Origin: Actinomycetota bacterium
Lineage (GTDB): Bacteria; Actinomycetota; CADDZG01; JAHWKV01
Direction: 5' to 3'
Length of the DNA stretch: 64,000 bases
Assembly (NCBI GenBank): GCA_030447305.1
Contig: JAUJPC010000001.1
Span: 114,459 to 178,458 of the forward strand
Shown here: positions 1 to 9,665 of the stretch, one piece after another
Numbering within the stretch: position 1 is the first letter of the stretch
How the letters are laid out: each line of letters begins with the position of its first letter
Made by a program: the position numbers and the translations under genes
Notes under the pieces: model-generated
The model's database searches: none
Told to the model about the DNA's origin: nothing
The model's input: only the letters and a program-made list of their open reading frames with translations

Positions 1-212
1 TCCCTATACCGGATGCATCCCCTCAAGAACTTCGGCCAAGGCGGAACCGCGATCTCGGGTTCGATCGCCTCAGGCAAGAGATCCCAAAGCTGTGGATGGT
101 GCCAACAAAGGTCATGGCCGGAGCTGTCCCGGTGCGCCCGGATGCCGGCTCGAAGCCGCTGAACCTCCACGATCAGCTCGTCCCGACTCATGTGTTTAAG
201 GTCATTGTCCAT
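1..212 (-). CDS. Cassette hypothetical protein, 3' end outside window (MDNDLKHMSRDELIVEVQRLRAGIRAHRDSSGHDLCWHHPQLW...)
   Basis: Manual translation from ATG at 212, open to the window edge; follows the core site at 270-276. Confidence 0.75.
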   Translation of the reverse strand, partial: MDNDLKHMSRDELIVEVQRLRAGIRAHRDSSGHDLCWHHPQLWDLLPEAIEPEIAVPPWPKFLRGCIRYR

Positions 213-269
213 TGCGGTCCCTCACTCTCCTGGGTAGCCGAAATGCTCGCCTCATCTGCTCACCGGTCT

Positions 270-320
270 GCCCAACGGATTGTCACCCGCCGAAGGCCGG
301 AGAACACTTCTAAGTAGACG
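270..320 (-). other. Degenerate attC site
   Basis: GCCCAACGGAT at 270, the same flank as other attCs; opposite box degraded (GTAGACG near 314). Confidence 0.5.
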
Positions 321-324
321 GCTC

Positions 325-618
325 TCATTGGTGACTGCAGGGTGTCGCAAACGGTGTTCCGTCGTGGAAGACGTTCGCAGCAGAATAGATCGGCCAAAAA
401 ACGACGGTGAACGCCAGTCCAACGATCCCTCCAAAGACCTCCGGTTCCACGAATGCGCCTTGAACTCTGCGGGTTTCGCGGCAGGCTTCCGCTGCTGAGC
501 TCCACTTGAAATGGAACCCAAGACCAATACCGAGGTAGATCAAGACGAAGATCAGGAGAAGACAAGCCAGCTTACGAGTCTCGATGCGTTCATTCACTTC
601 AGCACTTCCTACGGTCAT
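325..618 (-). CDS. Cassette small membrane protein
   Basis: 97-aa ORF with two hydrophobic segments, ending next to attC. Confidence 0.6.
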   Translation of the reverse strand: MTVGSAEVNERIETRKLACLLLIFVLIYLGIGLGFHFKWSSAAEACRETRRVQGAFVEPEVFGGIVGLAFTVVFWPIYSAANVFHDGTPFATPCSHQ

Positions 619-624
619 TACGGA

Positions 625-1071
625 CTACCTAAGGAGAATCGTCTGCACCTGCATTCCAACGCCTACGGGTCGGGCGGTAGCTGTCCGCTGGATCGTATAT
701 GGTCGCCAGCACCTCGCGTACGAGCAATTGAAGATGATGTAGCCCTTCGCGCGATCGGCCGCTGTCGGTTCCCTTTCGATCGCGGCTCCCGTAATCAGAA
801 CCTCGCCGCCGCCGCCCTCAGTGTCCTCGACTGGCCCGTGCATCGCGTAGCGTCCGGTGCGACGAATATCCTGCGCCTTCGGCGACGTTGGGTACATCGT
901 CACGACCAGCCTGCTATCCCGGAGCGTGAACGGACCTACGGGGTGCACCCGGGGCCAACCATCACGCCGCACGGTTGCCAAGAAGCAAGGCGCAGCGGCG
1001 AGGCGTTCCTCGGCATGTTTCGCAAGTTCCGGCTGGCGTTGAGCGAACGTGTTCCAGGGCACTGCCTCCAT
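625..1071 (-). CDS. Pyridoxamine 5'-phosphate oxidase-like (PPOX) cassette protein, probable frameshift near 730
   Basis: FLATVRRDGWPRVHPV and TSPKAQDIRR motifs; a family-like C-terminus (LLVREVLATIY...RRRW) lies in the adjacent frame. Confidence 0.75.
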   Translation of the reverse strand: MEAVPWNTFAQRQPELAKHAEERLAAAPCFLATVRRDGWPRVHPVGPFTLRDSRLVVTMYPTSPKAQDIRRTGRYAMHGPVEDTEGGGGEVLITGAAIEREPTAADRAKGYIIFNCSYARCWRPYTIQRTATARPVGVGMQVQTILLR

Positions 1072-1104
1072 CGGTAATCCTCAGGCCACTCCGGTTCAAG
1101 GACC

Positions 1105-1171
1105 GTATAACGTACCGGCGAATCAGCCGCTGAGAGCTTAGCGACTGGCGGTTTGTATTCGCCAGTTATAC
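1105..1171 (-). other. attC site
   Basis: GTATAAC 1105-1111 ... GTTATAC 1165-1171 with inner palindrome ggcgaat/attcgcc. Confidence 0.9.
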
Positions 1172-1250
1172 AGCTCGCCGACCGAGGCCGGCCTGGCGAC
1201 TTCTCGTGAATACGACTCTGTGGAGCTCCGTCCGCCGTAGGCTGTGGGTC

Positions 1251-1498
1251 ATGAAATCGGACTACGAACGAAAGCGGGCTGAGGACTTTTGGAGTCGTTG
1301 GACAGGCTTTGGGTCGCGACAGACTACCCGGAGTGCCAAGAAATTGCGCTGTACACGGACCAAGAGTTGAAGCAGATCCTCGGCGAATGGGAACAGGTTC
1401 GCAAAGCCTGCGATGCAATCTGGGCCAGGATCCGGGATGCCAGGCCAGACCTTCAGGGATGGGATCCGATCAGTGGCGAGCGTCCACTAGGTCAATAG
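1251..1498 (+). CDS. Hypothetical cassette protein in inverted orientation, probable frameshift near 1288
   Basis: ATG 1251 (MKSDYERKRAEDF) joins ORF 1289-1498 across a T-run. Confidence 0.45.
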
Positions 1499-1534
1499 CT
1501 ACGGCCAAGCAGCATATTCCCGTTCTGTAGGGAT

Positions 1535-1587
1535 CTCAGCATCAGCGGCGCAGGGGAAGCGAGCGCCATTGCATGCGCGAGTCATGC
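1535..1587 (-). other. Degenerate attC site
   Basis: gcatcagcggcg...cgccattgcatgc inner stem and GTCATGC at 1581, one mismatch from the complement of GCATAAC at 2545. Confidence 0.5.
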
Positions 1588-1932
1588 CCACTCCAGGCTC
1601 TCTCCTGCTTTAAGGCCCTCGATGGTTGGAACCACCTGCTGAACGACCGTCCCGAACTGGCCGATGAGCAGGACGACTAAAGTCCAAAAGGCGATCACAG
1701 CACGCGAACGACGAGTCCTAGCTTTGCCGAACAAGCGAAAGACTCCGACAACCACAAGAGTGAAAACAACCGAACTAAGCGCTCTGCCGAGCACTTCGGG
1801 TCCGGGGCCGCCTTGGCGAATACCGGCGGAGAGTGCAAGGAAGCTAGAGACGACCAGGAGGACGGTCGCCGCGATTTCCCATCTTACGGGAGACTTCTCG
1901 CGGGGTCCTTGGGCAGCGTCAAACTCATTCAT
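1582..1932 (-). CDS. Cassette membrane protein with about 3 TM segments
   Basis: 116-aa hydrophobic ORF with AGGAGAG RBS; stop overlaps the attC box. Confidence 0.65.
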   Translation of the reverse strand: MNEFDAAQGPREKSPVRWEIAATVLLVVSSFLALSAGIRQGGPGPEVLGRALSSVVFTLVVVGVFRLFGKARTRRSRAVIAFWTLVVLLIGQFGTVVQQVVPTIEGLKAGESLEWA

Positions 1933-2159
1933 AATCTCTCCTGCTCCTCCAATGATGCCGACAGGGTAAAGGCAGACTGCCGTTCACCTGAGTATAGGAA
2001 TTGGCCTTCAGGCGAGGGCGAGCGCAGCCTCCGAACGGCCCGTGCGAATAAGAACCTAGCCTCATGCGTGAGCAATGAGAATGCAACCTACGGGGCACCA
2101 CGGACGGTATTCTTCGGGTCTCACGGCATCGAGGTTCACAGCGTTGAAAGGAGGGCCGG

Positions 2160-2468
2160 ATGCTGATCATGGCCGTACACCAGGTGCCCGGCCTCACTCG
2201 GGAGAAGTACGAAGAAGTCGTCCGCAAGCTCACAAACGGTAAGTCCCGTCTGGAGTCTCCCTCCGACCTGCCGTTCGAGGGGCTGTTGGTTCATGCCGCT
2301 GGCCAAGGCAAGAACGGGTTCTGCATCATTGACGTTTTTGAGTCGGAGGAGGCAGTCGAGCGCTTCCGCGAAGCGGTAACCCCAATCGCACAAGACGTAG
2401 GTATCGAAGAGCCACCGGAGTTCTTCCCAGCCGAGACATTCTTCTCGCTTGAACGCCGGACCATGTAG
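2160..2468 (+). CDS. Hypothetical protein, ABM/dimeric alpha-beta barrel-like, inverted orientation
   Basis: GGAGG RBS; sequence GLLVHAAG...IIDVFESEEAVERF. Confidence 0.65.
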   Translation: MLIMAVHQVPGLTREKYEEVVRKLTNGKSRLESPSDLPFEGLLVHAAGQGKNGFCIIDVFESEEAVERFREAVTPIAQDVGIEEPPEFFPAETFFSLERRTM

Positions 2469-2544
2469 ACCTCGGCATCCCGAGTGAGGCAGTTCTGGTG
2501 CACGAATCGCAGACAAACCTGGTCGGAGCCTGAGGCGTCTTTCG

Positions 2545-2615
2545 GCATAACCGATTGGCGCTTAAGCCGCCGCCCGCGGCGGTCCCTTGAGTCGGTTTGG
2601 AGCGGGCAGTTATAC
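2545..2615 (-). other. attC site
   Basis: GCATAAC 2545 ... GTTATAC 2609. Confidence 0.9.
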
Positions 2616-3226
2616 GCCGACGCGCCCAAAGTACCGTTCCATTCGTAGTTCCAATTGAGGTAGCTCCTGAAGGACGTCGGTCGTGCCTGGATTTGCGAAC
2701 TTCGCCAGCCCGGCTTCAAGAGCTCGCCGGGCGCGGTCAAGATCTCCAGCGTAGTAGAAGAGGTCAGCTGCGTCATGAAAGTGCCAACCCTCCTTAAGCC
2801 AGAATTCGGCGGCGCCCTCGTAAGATGACAGCCGTTCGAGAAACGGCAATCCAGTCCGCTCCACGTCTTGCCAAAATTGCTCCAGAATCGGGTTCTTTTC
2901 TCCAGGACTGAAAACTCTTGCTCGTGAAGACGACCAGCCCGGAATAAGCCAGTCGTTGCTTCCCGCGATCCAGAAATCACTGCTTGCGTCTTCCCTTGCT
3001 TCCGCCGCCATCGAGCGAAGGGCCTGGACTTGACCCCCCACGACGTCCAAAAGATCGTCGCGTCAAGGGTGCTGTCGTGGCTCAGCACGAAGCGAATTAC
3101 CTGATCGAACTCCCCCACCTTTCGCGAGAACTTGAGTTGACTGGTGGAGTACGCAAAGTTGATCGCTTGAAACCGCGGGACGACTTCGGTTTCCACCGCG
3201 AGACGAAACTGCTCTTTTGGTCTCAT
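2610..3226 (-). CDS. Cassette hypothetical protein, possibly DUF4304/immunity-like, frameshifted near 3000
   Basis: N-terminus in ORF 2291-3226, C-terminus in ORF 2610-3050; stop lies inside the attC box. Confidence 0.6.
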
Positions 3227-3234
3227 CTCAGTGC

Positions 3235-3330
3235 GTATAACGGATCATTGGTTAAGCTGCGCGGCGCCAACGCGGAATGGCGTTACACGAGTCACTTACG
3301 CGCCGTGTCAGTTTCAACCGCTTGTTAGAC
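3235..3330 (-). other. attC site (96 bp)
   Basis: GTATAAC 3235 ... GTTAGAC 3324. Confidence 0.88.
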
Positions 3331-3412
3331 GCCGCCGCGGTGAATCACGCGATCAGAATTGGACACAGTTCTCAAGGACTTCCAGCGGGATCTCTGTACC
3401 TGTCACATGTGG

Positions 3413-3865
3413 TCATCCGGAAGTTTGCTGCCCGAGCTCTTGGGCAAGCCCGATGAGAATTCTTCGGGGCCCCGGATGTAGCAGAGCCGATACGTGTCTT
3501 CGTACTGGACCACTTCCCCGACGAGTTCCGCGCCGCGTTTGCCAAGCCGGGCGACCGTATCGTCGATGTCCTGCACGGTGAACATGACACGTAGATAACC
3601 GAGGGCGTTCACCGGGGCGCTGCGGTGATCGGCGACCACAGGCGGCCGCGAGGAATCGGGACACCTCGAGCCGGCTGTGACGGTCCGGCGTACGCAACAT
3701 GGCAATCTCGACGCGCATGTCCCGTAATCCAGTGACGCCATCTGCCCAGTCTCCTTCGATTGGGGCGCGCCCCTCGAGCTCGAGGCCAAGTTCGGTGAAG
3801 AATTCAATGGCGGCGTCGATGTCCTCTACCACGATGCCGACGTTGTCCATTCGCTTGATCGTCAT
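3413..3865 (-). CDS. VOC/glyoxalase family cassette protein, frameshifted
   Basis: RMDNVGIVVEDIDAAIEFFTELG ... LRVMFTVQDIDD ... YRLCYIRGPE spread over two frames; AAGGAG RBS. Confidence 0.85.
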   Translation of the reverse strand: MTIKRMDNVGIVVEDIDAAIEFFTELGLELEGRAPIEGDWADGVTGLRDMRVEIAMLRTPDRHSRLEVSRFLAAACGRRSPQRPGERPRLSTCHVHRAGHRRYGRPAWQTRRGTRRGSGPVRRHVSALLHPGPRRILIGLAQELGQQTSG

Positions 3866-3879
3866 GATGTCTCCTTGGC

Positions 3880-3942
3880 GTCTAACGGAATGCCGGGTCA
3901 GCCGCCGCCCGCGAAGCCGGCGGTCGGTTGCAGCCGGCAGTT
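3880..3942 (-). other. attC site interrupted at its GTT by IS110; remainder GTTAGGC at 8115-8121
   Basis: GTCTAAC 3880 ... ccggcaGTT 3940-3942; joining to AGGC at 8118 restores GTTAGGC, the complement of GCCTAAC at 8849. Confidence 0.85.
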
Positions 3943-4029
3943 GATACATATCGACCCTGATCCACTACTCGATGCGGGTCCTGTGCGAGTAAGGGACCTC
4001 CAGCTGTGGTTGACGACAGGGAGGTGGCC

Positions 4030-5319
4030 GTGGGGGACATCGGAGGGGTTGAGCAGGGCCGGTTTGTCGAGCGGATCCGAAACGCCGAAAGAGAGCGGTT
4101 GCTGGCAGCCCCGATCGACGTCGGCAAAAGGACCGCTGCAGCTCTGGTCTGCGACTTTTGGGGTGAGATCGTCACTGCCCCTTTCGAGTTCGATCTGAAC
4201 GAATCCGGCTTCACCAAGCTTAGGGCGCAGCTGGTTAGAGCGGAAGCCAGCCGGGACGTTGCCCTTACCCGGGTCGGGGTCGAGCAGGCCGGCCACTACC
4301 ACGACACCCTGGTTGCCCGGCTGCAGACCGAAGGCCTGGACGTGGTGGTGCGCTCAGAACCTGCTGCGCTCGGTCAAGACCGACGCCCGGGACCTGGCGG
4401 CGATGGCCGAGTTGATGATCCGTGGTCTGGGACGCCGCCCGGAGCTCGAGGACGGCCCGGTGGCCCGTCAGGCGGTCCTGGTCGCTCATCGACGGCGCAA
4501 GATCAAGGCCCGCAGGGCGCTTAAGAATCAGGTGCTCGCCACCTGGGATCTGGTCTTCCCCGGACTCGACGGGTGCTTTTCAGACATGTTGTCGACCAAG
4601 GTCGGCAAGGCGCTGCTGGCCGAGGCGATCACTCCCTCCCGGGTGCTTCATCTGGGACCCGAGCGCTTCCGGGCCTTCTGCGCCAACCGGGGAGTGGTGG
4701 TCGATCGTTTCAAAGCCGATCAGGTGATTAAGGCGGCCAGAGAAGCGTTTGCGCTGCCGGATGTGCGTGCTCAGGTGCTGCTCGAGGTTCTGGCGGTTGA
4801 CGCCAAACTCATGCAGAAGTTGGATTCGACCATCGAGGCGGCCGACCATTGTCTGGCCGAGGTCCTCGGTGACACCCCGGCACGGGTGCTCACTTCGATC
4901 CCTCATGTCGGGGTGGTTCGGGCCTCCAACTACGGCGGGGCGGTGGGCAACATCGACCGCTTCACCAGCTCGGCTCAGGTCTACAAGTTGAGCGGCCTGG
5001 TATCGAAACTGCACGAGTCGGCGGGCAAACGCCGGGGAGGTCTGGCGATCAGCAGGGCGGGCAAGGTCGAGCTCAGAGAGGCGATTCTGGAGCTCGGCAA
5101 GGGGCTGCGTCTGGGTGATCCCGACTTGGAGACTACGCCCGGCAGATGAAACAGCGGGGTAAGCCGGGCGGTGTGATCCTGTGCGCTTTGGGGCACCGGG
5201 CCAACCGACTGGCGTTCGCCATGATGCGCGACCAGAGCCGGTTCGAGCCCAAGGCGTGGCCGGCGCGAGAAGCGGACGGAGCCCTCATGCCCGACCTAGG
5301 TCGACCACCATCGAAGTGA
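4030..5319 (+). pseudogene. IS110 transposase/recombinase with an apparent deletion near 4350 and a frameshift near 5128
   Basis: PIDVGK, GVEQAG, KTDARD and ESAGK motifs across three frames; GGGAGG RBS before GTG 4030. Confidence 0.85.
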
Positions 5320-5385
5320 ACCGTCCGCCGGGCTGATCGTTTCATCTTCAAACAGGTTTGGCGAACGCAGGCCGAGGTGTGGACG

Positions 5386-5461
5386 GGGCCGGATCTCAAC
5401 GTCGAGCCAGTTAAGGGGCCCGAACTACTCGGGACTTCGTGCCTAACATGACGCCCGGCCC
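5386..5461 (+). ncRNA. Putative bridge/seek RNA target-binding loop of the first IS110
   Basis: Nested stems around an internal loop carrying GCCAGTTA (5406-5413, matches left target) and TGCCTAAC (5440-5447, reverse complement of GTTAGGCA at 8115-8122). Confidence 0.75.
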
Positions 5462-5665
5462 TTTCCCCATTGGGAGTACGAACGTAGTTGTCTGGGCCGC
5501 CCGGCTGCCGGGTGTCGGCGATCACTGAATCTCGCGAAACATGATCATCGAATCTCGCGGTGATCTGACAAATTGACGCTCCTCCCGCAGGGTTAATCCA
5601 CCCTGCGTGGTCATTGCCCTCCGAGGCTGTTGGCGACCAAGCCGAACAGCCAGGAGGGCTACACG

Positions 5666-6987
5666 ATGATGACTCAGGAGGAGTATTTGGACATTCCAGG
5701 ACTGAAAAGGCAAGGCTGGACCCTGCAGCAGATCGCCGAGGAGGTCGGGTACCACCCGGCGACGGTACGGGAGTGGATCCGCCGGGGTGGACCGCCACAG
5801 AAGCGGCAGATCGATCCGGCCAACCTTGTGATCAACGAGCACTGGGCCCAAGAGATAGCCATGCTGCTCAAGGCCAACCCCAACCTGCTCGCCACCTCGG
5901 TCGAGCGGCTGCTCCGAGCTAAAGGCTTCACCGGCAGCTACCCGACGCTCGCTCGGTACCTGTGCGGGGTGCGAGGCTCACGTCGGGGCCGGCAGGTCGA
6001 GGTTTCGGTTCCGATCGAGACCGCCCCCGGGGAGGAGTTCCAGTTCGACTGGTCCGACTGTTGCGACTTCGCCCGGCTGTGGGGGTGGGAGCAGCTGCAC
6101 TGTTTCGGGGCGATCCTGTGCTACTGCCGGCGCCGCCACTGGTGGTTCACCGACTCAATCGACCGCCACCACACCTTCGAGGGGCTGGTGCGCTTTTCGA
6201 GGACACCGGCGGAGTCCCCGGAGTCGGACGCACCGACCGGATGGGGTGCCTGGGTCGCTCCCACGGCCGGGTGTTTCGCTGGTTCGCTGAGTCGTTGGAG
6301 TTCGCCGCCTACCACGGCTTTTCCTTCAAGGCGTGCCAGGCCGGCGACGCCAAGCGCAAGGGCAAGGTGGAGCGTCCCTTTTGGGAGATGAAGGAGGCGT
6401 TCTTGCAGGAGGTGACCGTGACCGGACCACCCGCCAGCATCAACGAGCTGAACCGAAGGGCTGACGAATGGCTCGAGCACAACGTCCACCACCGGCCCCA
6501 TCGGGTGACCGGGATGGCTCCGGCGGAGCGGATCAAAGACGAGCTGCAGATGTTGGGGCCGCTTCCCCGCCTCAGATTCGACACCTCAAAGCGGGAGTCC
6601 CGCCAGGTCGGGCAAGCGGTTCCGATGATCGAGGTCGACGGGGTCTTCTACTCGGTGCCACCGGCCCTGGCCAGCCAGATCGTGGAGGTCAGGCTGCCGG
6701 TTGACCGGCGAATCATCGAGGTACGCCACCGGGGCCAGCTGCAGGTTACCCACCAGATTGCCCCCTCAGGTTCCGAGCCGGTCTGGGACCCGCGCCACCG
6801 CCGGGAAGCGGAGCAGATTGCACTCAGCCGCCACCGGCGAACCCCGAGGTTCTCCCCGCATGAGCAGGTCTTGGTTGATCTGCTCGATCTTGGTGAGGGC
6901 GACTACGACGTCGAGCCGGTTCGGCTTGAGAGCTATGACCCGGACTCAGCCTGCTGCGGTTGCGGCTGGGCAGGGGGTGTGCGGTGA
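5666..6987 (+). CDS. istA: IS21 transposase IstA, frameshift near 6195
   Basis: N-terminal HTH, ETAPGEEFQFDW, KGKVERPF and YSVPP motifs. Confidence 0.9.
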
Positions 6988-7751
6988 GCGAATCGGTGTA
7001 CGAGCAGATCAAAGACGGCTTAGGTTACCTAAAGCTCAACAAGGCCGAGGAGTGCTTTGCCACCCTGGTGGAGCAGGCACGAGACGACAAGTGGGACCAC
7101 CTGCAGTTTCTGGCCCGGCTGGTGGACGAGGAGGTGACCGCCACTCGCAACCGCCGGCTGGCTTCCCGCATGCGCTTCGCTCACCTTCCCGGGCGGCGCA
7201 CCCTCGAGGATTTCGACTTCGACTTTCAGCCCTCGATCGATCGCAAGCTGGTCGAGGATCTGGCCTCCTTGAGGTTCGTCAAAGAGGGAAGGCCAGTTTT
7301 GTTTTTAGGCCAGCCCGGCTGCGGCAAGACCCACCTTGCGGTGGCCCTTTGCACCCTGGCGGTGGAGGCAGGGTACCGGGGCTACTTCGCCTCGGGAGCC
7401 GACATGTGCGCCTCGATCGCCGCCGCCTACGCCGAGGGCACCTTCAAGCTCAAGATGCGCACCTACACCGGTCCTTCGGTCCTGGTGATCGATGACGTCG
7501 GGCTGGTGCCGCTCGACCGGGCGGCGGGAAACGCCTTCTACCAGGTGGTCAACCGCCGCTACGAGATGGGCTCATCTACCATCGTCACCACCAACCGGGG
7601 GCTGCCCTCCTGGGGCGAGGTCTTCGGTGACTCGGTTGTCGCCGCCGCAATTTTGGACCGGCTGATGCACCGGGCGGTGGTTTTCAACATCAAGGGGCCG
7701 TCCTGGAGGATGCGCGAACACCAGGCCCTCGCCGAGGCGGTAAAGCAATGA
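6984..7751 (+). CDS. istB: IS21 helper ATPase IstB
   Basis: GQPGCGKTHLA Walker A, LVIDD, AAAILDRLMH. Confidence 0.95.
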   Translation: MSESVYEQIKDGLGYLKLNKAEECFATLVEQARDDKWDHLQFLARLVDEEVTATRNRRLASRMRFAHLPGRRTLEDFDFDFQPSIDRKLVEDLASLRFVKEGRPVLFLGQPGCGKTHLAVALCTLAVEAGYRGYFASGADMCASIAAAYAEGTFKLKMRTYTGPSVLVIDDVGLVPLDRAAGNAFYQVVNRRYEMGSSTIVTTNRGLPSWGEVFGDSVVAAAILDRLMHRAVVFNIKGPSWRMREHQALAEAVKQ

Positions 7752-8142
7752 GGGACTGCTCTGTGCCGTACTCAAGCCCCTCCCCAACTCCCAAACGCGG
7801 CTCTCAGCCCAACTCAGGAACTGAAAAATCTGCCAGAACCGTTATGAAGGTGTCTGGTGGCCCAAAAGAGCGCAAAGGAGGTCGCTGCTAAGGTTAATCG
7901 AGCGAGGAGCGTCACTCTGAGTAAATCGCGAATTTCGGTGATCATAAATCGCGGTTTTCAGTGATCGCCAAGACCGGGTGAGTCCGCGTAGATCAGCGAG
8001 TGCCTCAGGGATCGAACATCTCGCCGGCGCCGCCGACCTCATAAACGAAAATTCCCCCTCATCGAGGGGCTGGAGCGCCTACTGCCGGGTCGGGGATTGA
8101 CAGGAACCACAGTTGTTAGGCAGCGGTCGCAAGCGGTGACTA

Positions 8143-8838
8143 TCAAGGCAAGTGGTCGCTGCAAAACTTCTGGACGAACAGAAGCATTTGTTTGACCTGT
8201 TCCTTGTCGTAATTCGAGAAACGACCATGTGCCGCATCATTTCGCAAATTTGCCCACGAGGTGATCTGCTTCTGAACGAGAGGACCGTACAGTTTTGCTT
8301 TGTATAGGGCGTTGTTGAGCGGATCAATCGTGAACGGCTTCCCGTCTTGATGTGACGTTTGAAGCCCACTGGAGTCAGCAATTTTTCGAAGCGAGTCTTC
8401 AAGTACCGCCCCCAAGAGCACGGCTGAAGCATCCTTGTAGCCCTCCTCGAGCAAATGCTCTGCCATTTCAAGAAAGTCCGCGAAGATCTCCGCCCGCAGT
8501 AACCCCTGCAAGCTCAATATCAAGCCAGAGCTAACGTCGTGTGCAACGCTGCGAAGGATTCCAACTAGTTCACTAACGTGCTCGTAATGGTTGGAATGGA
8601 TAACTGTGAAGGCCGGAGTTGCCAACACTTTCTGCATCGACTGGTGGTAGTGGCTCTCTTTTCCATAGAGACGCAAGACGAGTTGCCCACCCCTTACCGC
8701 TACGGACGACAACTCTTCAATTTGATCATGGCCTAGGGACCGGTCAGCTCTGCTCGCCTCAGCTGACAGCCGGCTAGCGCTTTCGACTAAGTCCTTGACC
8801 TCGTTCGCGACCAGTTCGGTAACCTGGCTAACTGGCAT
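8143..8838 (-). CDS. HEPN-domain (DUF4145-like) cassette protein
   Basis: AEHLLEEGYKDASAVLLGAVLED and Rx4H motif RNDAAH. Confidence 0.8.
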   Translation of the reverse strand: MPVSQVTELVANEVKDLVESASRLSAEASRADRSLGHDQIEELSSVAVRGGQLVLRLYGKESHYHQSMQKVLATPAFTVIHSNHYEHVSELVGILRSVAHDVSSGLILSLQGLLRAEIFADFLEMAEHLLEEGYKDASAVLLGAVLEDSLRKIADSSGLQTSHQDGKPFTIDPLNNALYKAKLYGPLVQKQITSWANLRNDAAHGRFSNYDKEQVKQMLLFVQKFCSDHLP

Positions 8839-8848
8839 CAGGCCTGCT

Positions 8849-8914
8849 GCCTAACGTGATGCCCGGTCAGTCGCAGCCCGCGAGGCCGGCTGTCGGTTGT
8901 ACCGGCAGTTGGGC
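8849..8914 (-). other. attC site
   Basis: GCCTAAC 8849 ... GTTGGGC 8908. Confidence 0.9.
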
Positions 8915-8920
8915 AGCTCA

Positions 8921-9609
8921 CTATGCTGTCCCCTCGTACTGGACGAGCTCCCATGGGTACACCGCGAGACAGTCATAAATATGCTGACGCACCCTATTTG
9001 AAGAGACTGCCGCGAGCCGCTGGATGAAATCTGCGGATTTAGTCACGTCTGACTTCTTTACGGAGCGGCTGGTGGACACACGGTGAGCAATTTCACCCCT
9101 CAACTCGACTCGCCTGGTTAGGCGTGCGCGGGCTGAATCCGGTGTGGTCCTATGCCACGCCAGCAATCCGACAACCGTGTAATTCCGAGAAGATCCTCGA
9201 AAAGGGCGTCGATCTGCTCAGGCTTGGGAGTATTCAAAGCCCCGGCGAAGCGCTTCAAAATCTTGTCCCGGTGCGCTTGAAGTATGACTTGCCATCCTGT
9301 TCCAGCGAGTTCCCAGACTCGGCGTTCGTCGTTGCTGCTCCTAACCTCTCTGGACGCCGCAGTAAGGACTTTTGACGGAAACACCGAGTGAGTAGTTGCG
9401 GCGGCCAGCATCGTGTCAAACGCACTGGTCGCAAGGTCTTCAACGTACGCCTCCCAGCAGGCGACCAAGAGCACCACGCCACTCTTGTTCAAGACGACGA
9501 TGTCGTGACGCCTCCCCGGGCGAGTCCCGGAAATCTCCTCGTGTATTGCAACAAGGCGTAAGACCTCATAGGTGTTCGAATTCAGGTTTGCGACATGGGT
9601 GGGGGGCAT
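8921..9609 (-). CDS. HEPN-domain (RiboL-PSP-HEPN-like) cassette protein, frameshift near 9165
   Basis: NKSGVVLLVACWEAYVED, LNTP and Rx4H motif RGEIAH. Confidence 0.75.
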
Positions 9610-9665
9610 ATTAGTGGCTGCCTAAGGTGAAAATCCACTTGTGCGACCTTGATGCCCTCCCGTGA

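Larger units (their letters stand above)
5513..7973 (+). mobile_element. IS21-family insertion sequence
   Basis: IRs TGTCGGCGATCACTGAA / TTCAGTGATCGCCAAGA; 5-bp duplication CCGGG (5508-5512, 7974-7978); istA-istB. Confidence 0.93.
3943..8114 (+). mobile_element. IS110-family element (IS1111-like, non-coding region downstream) inserted in attC, carrying a nested IS21
   Basis: GTT core at both junctions (3940-3942, 8115-8117); DEDD transposase; TTGACA 12 bp from the right end; imperfect subterminal IRs. Confidence 0.85.

Noticed and set aside
6180-6210. Programmed frameshift in istA
   Set aside because: The break is mid-catalytic domain in a short T-run with no clear slippery heptamer; more likely an indel
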